Assembly: GCA_027022365.1 (NCBI GenBank)
Contig: JALVYU010000011.1
Span: 32,001 to 96,000 of the forward strand
DNA: 64,000 nucleotides
Source of the DNA: Desulfurococcales archaeon
GTDB lineage: Archaea; Thermoproteota; Thermoprotei_A; Sulfolobales; Desulfurococcaceae
Reading direction: 5' to 3'
Shown here: in pieces, positions 10,139 to 20,562 of the stretch
Numbering within the stretch: position 1 is the first letter of the stretch
Layout: each line of letters opens with the position of its first letter
Program-made: the position numbers and the translations under genes
Notes under the pieces: model-generated
Told to the model about the DNA's origin: nothing
Database searches by the model: none
What the model saw: only the letters and a program-made list of their open reading frames with translations

Positions 10139-10842
10139 ACAAGGCCTTTTCTCCTTCGATTCCTCCTTATGTGCTCATGTAACACTTCCTCGCTTAAATA
10201 GTACCTGTGCCTAGGTATACCAACCGATACCATGTATACTGGCTGAACTCCCTCTCTGATACCAGCGGCTTCTCCTAGTTCATCGTCATAGAAAGCACCT
10301 ATGGCGACCGCGCCGAGGCCGAGTGCTGTTGCCTCCAAATAGATGTTCTGGGCACAATGACCTGCCTCTAGTATAACATATCTGATCCCGCGTTCGCCAT
10401 AGTATCGTGTTGTCCGCTCATAATCTGCGGCTATGACGATGTTAGCCTTGGCCTGGAGGACCCATTTCTGCGAGAGACAAGCCCTATAGATCTCCTCCTT
10501 GATATGGCCCGGCTTAACATATGCAAGGACATGGTACTGTGGCAGATATCTATATGACCCAGGCTCCAAGAACTCGCCATTACCTAGCTCGACATCTTCT
10601 GTCCCAACAACGAGATATAGTTCTAACGGATAAGTAGCGCCGGCACTCGGGCATGTCAAGAATCCTTTGGTAGGCATCGACAAGCCGTAGGCGGCCCACA
10701 GTAGTTGGGAAACATCACTAATGCTGAGCGGTTCATCCCTGAAGCTTCTATGACTCCTCCTATAAGCGAGCGCTTGTTCGACGCTGAGAACACCCGATCT
10801 TATCCTTGGCAGGGGAAGTGTGATCATAGACACTGCCATCAA
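10135..10842 (-). CDS. SagB/ThcOx-family nitroreductase
   Basis: RRSHRSF, PSAGATYPLE, EAGHCAQNIYL, IGAFYD. Confidence 0.92.
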   Translation of the reverse strand: MMAVSMITLPLPRIRSGVLSVEQALAYRRSHRSFRDEPLSISDVSQLLWAAYGLSMPTKGFLTCPSAGATYPLELYLVVGTEDVELGNGEFLEPGSYRYLPQYHVLAYVKPGHIKEEIYRACLSQKWVLQAKANIVIAADYERTTRYYGERGIRYVILEAGHCAQNIYLEATALGLGAVAIGAFYDDELGEAAGIREGVQPVYMVSVGIPRHRYYLSEEVLHEHIRRNRRRKGLV

Positions 10843-10917
10843 TCCTCTTAGAATAACCGATTATGATTTCTTCATACAATTTTTGTCTCGAAGCACAGGT
10901 ATTTATACAGATATGGA

Positions 10918-11586
10918 TCAGAACACGAGCGTGTAGCGTCTCTCTTCTCTGAGAATAGCGAGTTTGATCCCTAGACTCCTAAGCATTTGTTTCACTTTTT
11001 CCGGTATCTTGTTTATTATGAAGGAAGGCCCCGTAATGATTATCTCATCATAGATTCCATTACTGGATAGCAGAGCAGATCCTATGGCGTAAGCCAGGTT
11101 CTTTAGCTGTGTTGCCTGGTCAGTCCCTGGATCGATCACCCATACAGCCGTCTTTTTTCCGTTATCGGCGACTATATCCGGAGTTAGTGGTTTTCTGTGT
11201 TGGAGTATGATCTGGACTTTATAGCCCTTGTTCTCCAGTATCTCGGATATCTGGGATAATACTAGTTTTCTCGTGGGGAGATAATGGTGGGGTTCAAGGT
11301 ATTTCTCCAGGGGGCCATGAATATCTGGGTCGTAAAGAGTATATCTCCCCCTACTGATTCTGAAAAGGAATAGTTTCTCTGGATCCTTATACCTATCTTT
11401 ACTATTGCTGTTCACTGTAACTAGATCTACTTCGAAATCTAGGCTTGTCTCAGGTCTCGATGGGTCAATGTTTTTCTTGGCGAACATGGTTAGTTCTTTC
11501 CTCGTGAAGGAGGTCTTACCCTTCTTCGTCAGTTCCTCCGCTGCTTTTTTCAGCACCATCCATGTCGGTAGCTTACTTGTTTCCAT
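10918..11586 (-). CDS. Hypothetical protein: N-terminal wHTH-like domain plus restriction-endonuclease-like C-terminal domain
   Basis: Probable start METSKLPTW at 11586; FLFRISRGRY wing; LENKGYKV...PDIVA. Confidence 0.6.
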   Translation of the reverse strand: METSKLPTWMVLKKAAEELTKKGKTSFTRKELTMFAKKNIDPSRPETSLDFEVDLVTVNSNSKDRYKDPEKLFLFRISRGRYTLYDPDIHGPLEKYLEPHHYLPTRKLVLSQISEILENKGYKVQIILQHRKPLTPDIVADNGKKTAVWVIDPGTDQATQLKNLAYAIGSALLSSNGIYDEIIITGPSFIINKIPEKVKQMLRSLGIKLAILREERRYTLVF

Positions 11587-11721
11587 GACTATTCCCCAGT
11601 AAAGTATAGGGGGTATTAGGCCAAATATATAAGTTACGATATAAGGCAGAGAAGTAAGGAGTGATGAAAAAATGGTAAGAGGAAACACTACTGTTTTTCT
11701 TTGGGGGGTTATCTATAAGAG

Positions 11722-12579
11722 TTAATTACTGTTTTTATCCGAGGCAAGTAGCTCGACTATTCTATCAGCAAGTCCCCGGAGGGCTTTTGCAGCTTCTCCC
11801 TCAGGATATTCTACTAGGTATGGTTTCTTCTTATCGAGTGCTTCTCCGATGTACGGGTCTAGGGGTATCTTGGCCAGTAATCTAGTACCATATTTCTTCG
11901 CCAGATCTTCGCCTGTGCTCTTACCTAGGAGCTGGTATATGGAACCACACTTTGGGCACTTGAAATAGCTCATGTTCTCGACTATTCCTAGAAGCGGTAT
12001 ATTGTTCTTTATGATGAAGTTTATGGCCTTTGCGACTATTACCTCGGACAATATGCTTGGGGCAGTAACAACTATTGCGCCGTCGAGATCGCTTATTGTC
12101 TGTACTATCGTTATAGCCTCGTCACCGGTCCCCGGAGGTAGATCTATTACTAAGAAGTCGTTCTCTCCCCAATTCACCTTGGCTAGTAGCTCGGTAATAG
12201 CCCGGGATTTAAGAGGGCCTCTCCACACGATCGGAGTATCTGGGGTATCGAGCATCATGTTTATCGCAACAACCTTGACTCCCAGCGGTCCTGGCACGGG
12301 CTCTATTCCGTAGGGGCCAGCGTAGTGTCGCGCATCCTCGAGGCCCAGAACCGTGGGTATTGATGAACCATGGATGTCCGCGTCGAATATGGCTACTCTA
12401 TATCCTTTCTCTGCGAGTGCAAGGCTGAGCATTGATGAGATAAAAGTTTTTCCGACACCGCCTTTGCCGCTGAGAACCATTATTTTGTACTTGGTCTTAC
12501 CTAGCCTTTCACGTGCCTCGTTTATTGTCTTAAAGATAGGAGTAGGTGCTCGAGGCTTCATAGTGTAGTTTTGCGACAT
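11722..12579 (-). CDS. Mrp/NBP35 Fe-S cluster carrier ATPase
   Basis: SGKGGVGKT, DADIHG, WRGP, DLPPGTGD, ENMSYFKCPKC. Start refined to MSQNY after a GGTGA SD. Confidence 0.95.
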   Translation of the reverse strand: MSQNYTMKPRAPTPIFKTINEARERLGKTKYKIMVLSGKGGVGKTFISSMLSLALAEKGYRVAIFDADIHGSSIPTVLGLEDARHYAGPYGIEPVPGPLGVKVVAINMMLDTPDTPIVWRGPLKSRAITELLAKVNWGENDFLVIDLPPGTGDEAITIVQTISDLDGAIVVTAPSILSEVIVAKAINFIIKNNIPLLGIVENMSYFKCPKCGSIYQLLGKSTGEDLAKKYGTRLLAKIPLDPYIGEALDKKKPYLVEYPEGEAAKALRGLADRIVELLASDKNSN

Positions 12580-12695
12580 ATTTGGCTCACCCAGATAAGC
12601 AGTAATGATCATAGCTTGAGACAACTTTATTGTAAGAGGCAATTATTAATCTAACTAGCATCAAGATATAGTCAAGTATATGGTGCCTTATCCAG

Positions 12696-13670
12696 GTGAG
12701 CGTATTCATGAAAGTGTGCTGTAGAGCTCCTGGAAAGACGATATGGTTCGGAGAACATTTTGTGGTGAAAGGCATCCCAGCTATAGCGAGTAGTGTCGAC
12801 CTATATGTTAGGACTTATGTCGAGCCATGTAAAGACGACAAGATAAAGTTTTGGTCAAAGTCGCTCGAGAAGGGATTCATATATGGAGAGAAAGAACCCG
12901 ACGAAAAACTTCTCCCGTTTAAGCGTATCCTTGATCTTATCAGTAATAGGTATGGAGAACTCCCTAGTATGAAGATTACCATCGACTCGGACATACCAAT
13001 ATCATATGGGCTTGGCTCATCAGCTGCTTCGAGCATAAGCTTTGCCGCCGCAGTACTCAAGTACATTGGGGAAGAACCTACAACAGCCCTTATTAAGGAG
13101 CTGTCAATGGAGGCCGAAAAAATAGTGCATGGGAAACCAAGCGGTATAGACACAGCGATCTCTCTGCACGGCGGCTTCATATATTATCTGGGCCCACACG
13201 ACATAAGGCCACTAAACGCCAAGTGGATCGACGAATATACTCTCCTCGTCATCGGTACTGGAATAACACGTAATACCGGATTAGTTGTCAGGAAAGTACT
13301 CGAGAGATACGAGCGTTTCCCAACCATTATGAAAAGAATATATGATGCAGCAAAAGAGATATCCTTGATCGCTAAATCCCTCACGACTATTGGTGAATGG
13401 GATAAAATAGGAGAGCTAATGAACATAAACCACGGTCTCTTAGTCTCTATAGGTGTAGCAATACCTGAAACTGAGAGAATAATACACAATAGCCTCAGAC
13501 TAGGGGCGCTTGGAGCGAAGATAAGTGGTGCAGGTTTGGGAGGAATAGTGATCGTGCTGTCGAGGAAGAAGGACAAAGACATAATAGTCAATGGATTAAT
13601 GAGCTTCTCAAACGAGATAATCGAGGTAAAACCAGGAGTACCCGGATTGGAGTGCTCAGTCAAAAATTGA
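12696..13670 (+). CDS. mvk: Mevalonate kinase
   Basis: APGKTIWFGEH, PISYGLGSSA, HGKPSGID, KISGAGLGG GHMP motifs. Confidence 0.92.
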   Translation: MSVFMKVCCRAPGKTIWFGEHFVVKGIPAIASSVDLYVRTYVEPCKDDKIKFWSKSLEKGFIYGEKEPDEKLLPFKRILDLISNRYGELPSMKITIDSDIPISYGLGSSAASSISFAAAVLKYIGEEPTTALIKELSMEAEKIVHGKPSGIDTAISLHGGFIYYLGPHDIRPLNAKWIDEYTLLVIGTGITRNTGLVVRKVLERYERFPTIMKRIYDAAKEISLIAKSLTTIGEWDKIGELMNINHGLLVSIGVAIPETERIIHNSLRLGALGAKISGAGLGGIVIVLSRKKDKDIIVNGLMSFSNEIIEVKPGVPGLECSVKN

Positions 13671-13736
13671 TTGAAGCACTGATTAGGAAAAAGTATTGTT
13701 CAAACATAAATATTCCCCCTACCTATATTAGGTGCG

Positions 13737-13792
13737 GGGATGAAGAATAGTTACTCGGCGGAAAAGATGAAGAGACTCCCATGGGCTGACCT
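13737..13792 (+). ncRNA. Box C/D methylation guide sRNA
   Basis: C ATGAAGA (13740), 12-nt guide, D' CGGA (13759), C' ATGAAGA (13767), 12-nt guide, D CTGA (13786). Intergenic, with a short terminal GG/CC stem. Confidence 0.85.
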
Positions 13793-13795
13793 GGT

Positions 13796-14203
13796 TTGAA
13801 TAAGAAGAAACAAGAACTCGCAAACAAAACGGTGCTCCGTACAATAAATGATATTATCTCTAGCTATACACAGAAGATCTATGAGTATAACAACATCGTC
13901 CGAAAGAAAGGTTACTATCTGAAACCTGTGCACATAGTGGTGAAGAAACGAAAAGATGGGACAAGAGTCAAATACTACTATTATGGACGCTACTGGTACA
14001 GGATCGAGATACGTAAGAACGGCTCTTCTCAAATTAAATGGATATATCTAGGCAAAGAAAAACCCGATAAAGACCTCCCCGATCCGCCTGAGAACCCGCT
14101 GGAGGGACTAGTTGTGAGAGTAGATAATGAAGGAGTAAGCCTAAACAAGTCCTTGCACGAGATACGAAGACTCGTAAAGGAACTTGCGGAAAAAGAAGAA
14201 TAA
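13796..14203 (+). CDS. Conserved hypothetical basic protein, possibly nucleic-acid binding
   Basis: K/Y-rich beta segment KYYYYGRYWY...KWIYLGK. Confidence 0.7.
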   Translation: MNKKKQELANKTVLRTINDIISSYTQKIYEYNNIVRKKGYYLKPVHIVVKKRKDGTRVKYYYYGRYWYRIEIRKNGSSQIKWIYLGKEKPDKDLPDPPENPLEGLVVRVDNEGVSLNKSLHEIRRLVKELAEKEE

Positions 14204-14283
14204 CCGTGTTTTAACGGTCATCCATAAAATACGTCACCGTGAAGATAATAATAATAATTTAGTGGGAAGACTAGTGATTAGCC

Positions 14284-15594
14284 TTGGACAACACTATCCT
14301 GATAAAGAATGCAAAATACATAATTACTCCCGACGAAGGAGGCGATAGAACATATATTCTTCGTGATAAAGATATTCTTATAGAGAACGGTGTAATCATA
14401 TGTATTTCTAGTTCATGTAGTGAATTCTCTCCTCGCGGAACCATCAGAATAAATGCAGATAAACACGTGGTAATGCCGGCTATGATTAACTGCCACACGC
14501 ATGCAGCCATGAAAATATTCAAGGGCAGTCTTCCAGACAAGGAGTTTTGGGAATGGCTGGACAAGATCGTCAAAATAGAAGAAAAGGTCATTACTAAGGA
14601 ACTAGTGTATCAGGGATCTAAACTAGCTTCTATTGAAATGTTATTGAATGGAATCATAGGCTTTATTGACATGTACTATTATCCAGACGAGACCGTCAAG
14701 GCCGCATCAGAGTATGGGTTGCTTGTTAGGACAGGGCCATACAGGCCGGATAATGCATATGCGGTACTGTCGATCATAAAAAATTATCCTAACGGATATC
14801 CGCTCATAAACATTCATAGCCTGTACAAGAACGATCCAGAAATTATTGATAAAATGTACGCATTAGCCGAAGAACATGGTTTACCCATCCACATACATGT
14901 CTCCGAGACACGTAGAGAAGTGTATCTTATACGTCGGGAGACGGGGAAATGGCCTATACAGTACATGTATAGTAATGGGTGGTTAAACGAGAATGTTATA
15001 CTTGTGCATCTTAACTGGGTTCTAAGCTCGGAGATTCCTTTGATCAAAGAAAAGAACACTAAGGTCGTGAATTGTCCGCACTCAGCAATGAGGCTCGCAG
15101 AGGCCGGTTTCTGTCCGGTGTACGAAATACTTCGTGAAGGCATTATTCTCGGCGCGGGTACGGATGGATCTAGCGGTGACAGATACAATTTGTTGGACGA
15201 GATCAGAATGATGCTTCTCTTATACCGTCATAATTACTGGGATACAAGGCTTAAACTCCCATATCTCTTCTCTAAGATCACGACCAACTCCTACAAGATC
15301 TTTGGTATCAAGGGTGGCGTGATAAAACCGGGTTGGCCAGCGCATTTGTCCCTGTTCAAAATAGACAATATCCGGCATAGACCCTTAGGTACTAGTAACT
15401 TGTTGGCAAGCCTTATATTGGGTGGCGGTGCTGAAGCCGACTATGTAATGATAAATGGAGGTTTAGTCCTCACTCCTGAGATGAAGACCAAACTTTACAC
15501 TGATGCGGAGATAGTGTCGGATGAGATTGAGGAAAAACTGATGAGGATCATAGATTACTATGAAGGTGTGCCAATTGAACGAAAAACAATATAG
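14284..15594 (+). CDS. Amidohydrolase (MTA/SAH deaminase-like)
   Basis: NCHTH, HIHVSET, VH and GTDG metal-binding motifs. Confidence 0.9.
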   Translation: MDNTILIKNAKYIITPDEGGDRTYILRDKDILIENGVIICISSSCSEFSPRGTIRINADKHVVMPAMINCHTHAAMKIFKGSLPDKEFWEWLDKIVKIEEKVITKELVYQGSKLASIEMLLNGIIGFIDMYYYPDETVKAASEYGLLVRTGPYRPDNAYAVLSIIKNYPNGYPLINIHSLYKNDPEIIDKMYALAEEHGLPIHIHVSETRREVYLIRRETGKWPIQYMYSNGWLNENVILVHLNWVLSSEIPLIKEKNTKVVNCPHSAMRLAEAGFCPVYEILREGIILGAGTDGSSGDRYNLLDEIRMMLLLYRHNYWDTRLKLPYLFSKITTNSYKIFGIKGGVIKPGWPAHLSLFKIDNIRHRPLGTSNLLASLILGGGAEADYVMINGGLVLTPEMKTKLYTDAEIVSDEIEEKLMRIIDYYEGVPIERKTI

Positions 15595-16009
15595 AAAACT
15601 AGCTATAGCCGCTGTTATAGCGACTTTCACGGCATTTATATCATCTATTATAGCATATGTTCGTGGTTACGGTAGAATTTATGCTGGCTACGCGTTTTTC
15701 TGGCTATTAATGTTCCTGCTAGACTTGTACTTGCTGAAACACCCGCCAGAACTGAGATCAGAAGGAATTGATTGCAAATATCTTGAGGAGCTAGCCCGTA
15801 TAATAGCTGGTCTGGAAGACAAGTATAGTATGGCTAAGAAAGCATCAAGGATGCTTAGCGAAGGCCTCACAGACAAGATCAGGGCTATCTGTGGAGATAA
15901 TACACTATCACTACTGAACCGACTATTGGAGGGCGATGAAAGTATTAGGGAAAAACTTATTGAAGCACTGGATAACTGTTATGCTACTCGTTGTCGTGAA
16001 GCGAGATAA
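15560..16009 (+). CDS. Hypothetical membrane protein
   Basis: Two N-terminal hydrophobic helices; overlaps the upstream gene. Confidence 0.65.
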   Translation: MKVCQLNEKQYRKLAIAAVIATFTAFISSIIAYVRGYGRIYAGYAFFWLLMFLLDLYLLKHPPELRSEGIDCKYLEELARIIAGLEDKYSMAKKASRMLSEGLTDKIRAICGDNTLSLLNRLLEGDESIREKLIEALDNCYATRCREAR

Positions 16010-16793
16010 TCCATCGCATCCTTGCGTGTTTGAGAACAGGGATTAGCTTCCTTGCATCATAAACGCTCTCCTTATCAATGCTGATCTCCACGTATCCAGG
16101 CCTTGGACCTAGATCAATTATCCTATAGCCGTAAGGGCTAAATACACCGCTTCGACCAACATATTTTTCACCGCTATGGCTCGACAATATGATATAAATA
16201 GTGTTTTCATGGGCTCTTGTCACCAAAATATGTTCTAGGATTTCTTCTTTTAGCGGTCCTCTAACCCATCCCGCCTGTACGATCACGGATTCAGCTCCTT
16301 TCAAAGCATATGTTCTGAAGAGCTCGGGGAACCTGATATCATAACATATTGCAAACCCTGCCTTCACTCCCGCTAACTCGACTATCTGCGACGGCGACTC
16401 GCCGGGTATAAAATAATCCGATTCCCTATACCCATAAGCGTCGAATAGATGTATCTTCCTATAAACAGGCTCAATCCTTCCCGATGGGTGGATTAGAACT
16501 GTTGTGCTTCGAGATAATGGCGGTGTATCGGTTTTCTCGATAAGGTGTGCAACTATGATTGCAGAGTATTTCAGTGCCATATCAGATAGACTAGATAGAT
16601 ACGCACTATCTTCGAGGGGCTCAGCGATATCGTATACTCGTTCTGGTTTAAGTGATAATACATCCGCCATAGAGTACTCGGGGAGAACAACTATATCTGC
16701 CATATTGTAGCTACGATCAAGTATTTCTCCCGTGATCTTCAAGTTCTCTATGGGATTTATACCGTATCCTGCCTGCAGAACACCAACTATCAT
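15984..16793 (-). CDS. Carbon-nitrogen hydrolase (nitrilase family)
   Basis: LPEY, YRKIHLFD, ICYDIRFPE (E-K-C triad). Confidence 0.93.
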   Translation of the reverse strand: MIVGVLQAGYGINPIENLKITGEILDRSYNMADIVVLPEYSMADVLSLKPERVYDIAEPLEDSAYLSSLSDMALKYSAIIVAHLIEKTDTPPLSRSTTVLIHPSGRIEPVYRKIHLFDAYGYRESDYFIPGESPSQIVELAGVKAGFAICYDIRFPELFRTYALKGAESVIVQAGWVRGPLKEEILEHILVTRAHENTIYIILSSHSGEKYVGRSGVFSPYGYRIIDLGPRPGYVEISIDKESVYDARKLIPVLKHARMRWIISLHDNE

Positions 16794-16836
16794 TACATGT
16801 TCATCTCCATACTCTAAGAACGGCTTCTGGGTTATT

Positions 16837-17199
16837 TTACCCGTTCGCTATTCCTTTCTTCTTAAGCAGTAGTTTCTTGACTTCACTAGTGGTATTCTTG
16901 GTAAGGATCTCGTTTAGATCATAGACTTCTATTTTGATATCCTTAACTCTGAATTCTCCACCCCCCGTATTATATTCAAGGATAATATTGACTATAGCTT
17001 CTTTTGGTACCTCAAACTTATTAATAAGAACTTCATAGATAGCCGTATTTATCTCGCTAATCTTCGTGTTTACTTCTCTAGAACTAATCTTCTTCTCTCT
17101 ATAGAGAGGCCTTAAGGAGGCATTAACTACCCTCCTAAGCTTTATGGCATAACCGCTGACCCTAACAGGCCCTGTCCTGACCACAGGCAATTTTACCAT
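16837..17199 (-). CDS. DUF2258/ThermoDBP-related single-stranded DNA-binding protein
   Basis: RTGPVRVSGYAIKLRR N-terminus typical of this family. Confidence 0.7.
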   Translation of the reverse strand: MVKLPVVRTGPVRVSGYAIKLRRVVNASLRPLYREKKISSREVNTKISEINTAIYEVLINKFEVPKEAIVNIILEYNTGGGEFRVKDIKIEVYDLNEILTKNTTSEVKKLLLKKKGIANG

Positions 17200-17256
17200 C
17201 CAAGTAAATGATTTTGTCTATGGATCATAATATTCCTTATCATGTGAGGTGAGCTT

Positions 17257-17691
17257 ATGCCATACAAAGTGCCGAGATTAGCAGATATCAATGCCCGCTC
17301 CAAGCTTTTCAAGCATAAGAAAAAACTCTTGATTATAGGTCGTTGCGTCGAATTAGAACACCCCGATATACTTGCTCGATTCCCAAGAGAAGAATATGGA
17401 GTGCTCAGCGTATGCCTCGAGGCCGAGCATGTAAACATGGTGGGATTCAAGCTTGCCGGTATACTTGCGAGAGGTAGTTATGAAGAGGTAGCTGTCCTCA
17501 CAGTTGACGGGAGTCTTCACTGCACCCAGCTACACTGGATGGTTGAGGAAACATGTAGGATCCTCGGCGATAGAGCTCCCAGTAGAAGCCATTACGTTAT
17601 TTACAAAGGTAAGCTATATAGAATAGGAGAAGACGTGGTCAAGACAAGCAGGTATCTCTACAAGGTCAATAAACTCGTGTCAGGACAATAA
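17257..17691 (+). CDS. Conserved protein, putative Fe-S binding
   Basis: Conserved Cys in GRCVE, VCLE and DGSLHC. Confidence 0.7.
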   Translation: MPYKVPRLADINARSKLFKHKKKLLIIGRCVELEHPDILARFPREEYGVLSVCLEAEHVNMVGFKLAGILARGSYEEVAVLTVDGSLHCTQLHWMVEETCRILGDRAPSRSHYVIYKGKLYRIGEDVVKTSRYLYKVNKLVSGQ

Positions 17692-17702
17692 TCGCCTTAC
17701 GG

Positions 17703-18491
17703 GTGTATATGGATTTGATGAATTCATCTGTGGAGAGGATACTGAAAGCCTTCGACCTCTCAGTAAAACGTATGCTTTCAATGAAAGGTCTTGACAGCAG
17801 GTTCATAATCCTAGGCACTGTAATGACGTATGTCTGGCTCGCCGTTATGGTGTTTATGAATATCTATGATCCCAACAACATATTCCTACAGCTAATAGGA
17901 ATGATAACAGGTTTCGTGGGTCTTACCGTTATTTTTGCTTTTCAAGTAATCCTCTCCTACAGGATATGCGAACATGTAAAACTCGCGGGATATTATATCT
18001 CCTACGCCAGGGACATCATATCATTGGCCAGTAAGGAAGTCCTACAAGAATATGACGAGTTCCTAGAGGAGGCTTACCTATATAAGTGTCCACATACAGA
18101 GTACAGCCCCTTAGCACTGATCCTTGGTTATCTAGCCATACTATCCATGTACATCTATATCGCGCCTCTCTTCTATGCTGGATACTTGGCCATACTCGGT
18201 ATTTTCGCATACACATTATATGATGCGGTCATAGAGCATCAAGAGATCGAGAGAAAAGTCAATAGGCTTCTCCTCAAGCTTATCGGCATGGATGATGAGA
18301 CAATGTCTTTCCATGAACCGCCAGATTTTAAACCAACATATGTATTGACCACCGTGTTTACTCTAGGGCTACATTTATTCGTCTGGTTATCGTGGATTAA
18401 TTCCTACCTTGATGCCCACATAGTCGACCATAGGAGAATGTATGAATTATTCAAAAAACGGTATGTCAGCATGTACTTGAGCCGGTCATGA
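17703..18491 (+). CDS. Hypothetical membrane protein
   Basis: About 5 hydrophobic segments. Confidence 0.7.
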   Translation: MYMDLMNSSVERILKAFDLSVKRMLSMKGLDSRFIILGTVMTYVWLAVMVFMNIYDPNNIFLQLIGMITGFVGLTVIFAFQVILSYRICEHVKLAGYYISYARDIISLASKEVLQEYDEFLEEAYLYKCPHTEYSPLALILGYLAILSMYIYIAPLFYAGYLAILGIFAYTLYDAVIEHQEIERKVNRLLLKLIGMDDETMSFHEPPDFKPTYVLTTVFTLGLHLFVWLSWINSYLDAHIVDHRRMYELFKKRYVSMYLSRS

Positions 18492-20468
18492 AGCCTTAAT
18501 TGTCCCAATATCATCAGGGATCTTATAGCCGGGGAGCAGCGAAGCGATCTTCTTAATACGTTCTTTGTCACGAATATATTCTATGAAGGCCTTCACATAC
18601 TCCTTGTCTAACCTATTCTTGTGTATTAGGAAGTCGTATTCCTCCCACGCCAATGGTATGAAATCTAATCCGTAGAGGTAGGCTGCAGCCTCTATCGCTA
18701 TGCCTGCATCTGCTCTTCCATGCTTTACTGCGGCGGCGACAGCCGTGTGTGTTTTCACCTCATAGGTGTAGCCGTTGATCATCTTTTTAACATCGTCAAA
18801 ACTCAACCCTTTCTTCTCAGCTACTCTGTGGAGAAGGATATCCAGGAGAACTCTGGCGCCTGCCCCCCTTGTCCTGTTGACTATTCTGATATCATTTCTT
18901 AGGAAATCCTCTATGCTGTGTATGTTTTTCGGATTGCCTTCCTGGACGACTATACCTATCTTTCTATCATATCCTCTAATGATGACTGCTTTACCCTTCA
19001 AACCATATTTGTCTAGGAACGGTGTATTGTATTTCCCTGTTTCCTTATCGAGAAGATGTGTGGGCGCTATATCGGCCTCACCTCTGATAACGGCTTTCCA
19101 ACCTCCCGTGCTCCCCGTCACGATCACTCTAGAAATACTTCTTAATCCTGATTCGGCGAGAATACGGTGGATCAACATGTCGTTGCTACCTATAATGTTT
19201 AGTTTACTGAATCCTCTCGTCTCATCGAATAACTCCACAGTAACTTCTTCATCTTCTATCAGTAGATCTCTATCTTCAGGTAAGACCACGTATCCATCAC
19301 TATTGTATAGAGGCGATATCGCACCGCTCCTCATAGAGACGGGGTAGGCCGTTAATCCTTTCTCTGACTCGACGAGTGCAACGGGCAGTAGCCATGTCTT
19401 GCCTAGGGGTTTCTTGACCCTATAGGGAAGCCTAGCCTTTAGCCTGTATGTTCTTGTCCTCTTTAAGCCAAGCATAGACGCCACTATGGGCCTGACTATC
19501 ACGTTGAATATCATAAAGCATGACAAAGGAAACCCGGGAAGACCGAACAATAATTTATTCTTGGCGACAGCAACAACTGTTGGTTTTCCGGGCTTTACCT
19601 TGAGGCCATGTATAATTATTCCAGGCTCACCCATGTTCTCGAACACCCTATAAACCAGGTCTCCCACCCCAGCGCTTGTTCCCCCACTGGTTATGACTAT
19701 ATCTGCCCATCTCAGCGCGTCATCAATCGCATCGTATACTTCATCGTAGTCGTCGGGGAGATGGCCCATGAACCTTGCGTCCGCCCCTATTTGTTTGAGT
19801 CCTGATGTGATGAGCTGGCCGTTAACATCATAGACTTTTCCCGGGCTTAGCTTCTTCCAGGGCTCTATGACCTCGTCACCGGTCGAGAAAACCGCTATCT
19901 TTGGGGGGATGTAGGTCTTTATCCTGGTTATTCCCAGACCTGCGAGTAAACCTATCTCTCTGAATCCTAGTCTTGTGCCCGCCTCGAGGACGAGGTCTCC
20001 GAACGATATATCGTTTCCTGTTGAAGAGATGTTTTCTCCAGGTACGACGCTCCTATATATCTCGACCTCATCGTTAAGCCTACGCGTGTACTCGACCATG
20101 ACAACAGCGTCTGCCCCTCGCGGGATCATCGCGCCCGTCGCTATCTCAGCCGTTTCTCTTGGACCTATGCTTATATCGGGGTGTTGGCCAGGCTTAACTA
20201 CACCTACTATTTTCAAGCGCATTGGATGAAGATCGTCCGCCCCTGCAAGATCCTCGGATCGCACCGCGTACCCGTCGACTAGACTTCTGTCAAAAGGAGG
20301 GTGATCGATGGGTGAATATATGTCTTCGGCCAATACTCTTCCTAGAGCCTCCGTTATATTTACCTCCTCTATACCGAGCGGTTTGAGCGGATAGTATCGC
20401 TCTATAATCTTCATGGCATCATTGAGAGACACTAGTTTATGGAAAATCCTTCTCTCCGGCACTTCCAA
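18486..20468 (-). CDS. moeA: Molybdopterin molybdotransferase MoeA fused to a periplasmic-binding-protein-like domain
   Basis: PPFDRSLVDGYA, STGDE, SGGTSAG, KPGKP, GLPGFP; C-terminal GSND...NRTRGAGAR. Confidence 0.93.
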   Translation of the reverse strand: MEVPERRIFHKLVSLNDAMKIIERYYPLKPLGIEEVNITEALGRVLAEDIYSPIDHPPFDRSLVDGYAVRSEDLAGADDLHPMRLKIVGVVKPGQHPDISIGPRETAEIATGAMIPRGADAVVMVEYTRRLNDEVEIYRSVVPGENISSTGNDISFGDLVLEAGTRLGFREIGLLAGLGITRIKTYIPPKIAVFSTGDEVIEPWKKLSPGKVYDVNGQLITSGLKQIGADARFMGHLPDDYDEVYDAIDDALRWADIVITSGGTSAGVGDLVYRVFENMGEPGIIIHGLKVKPGKPTVVAVAKNKLLFGLPGFPLSCFMIFNVIVRPIVASMLGLKRTRTYRLKARLPYRVKKPLGKTWLLPVALVESEKGLTAYPVSMRSGAISPLYNSDGYVVLPEDRDLLIEDEEVTVELFDETRGFSKLNIIGSNDMLIHRILAESGLRSISRVIVTGSTGGWKAVIRGEADIAPTHLLDKETGKYNTPFLDKYGLKGKAVIIRGYDRKIGIVVQEGNPKNIHSIEDFLRNDIRIVNRTRGAGARVLLDILLHRVAEKKGLSFDDVKKMINGYTYEVKTHTAVAAAVKHGRADAGIAIEAAAYLYGLDFIPLAWEEYDFLIHKNRLDKEYVKAFIEYIRDKERIKKIASLLPGYKIPDDIGTIKAS

Positions 20469-20562
20469 AGCACCTTGACAAGCCTTGATATAAAGTCCAT
20501 GTTACCTGTAGATAAAATATCCAGTTTATACCGTTTTTATTATACTGTGGCAGAATGGTGGC

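Noticed and set aside
11661-11720. GTGATGA as a possible box C
   Set aside because: No D', C' or D boxes at suitable spacing.
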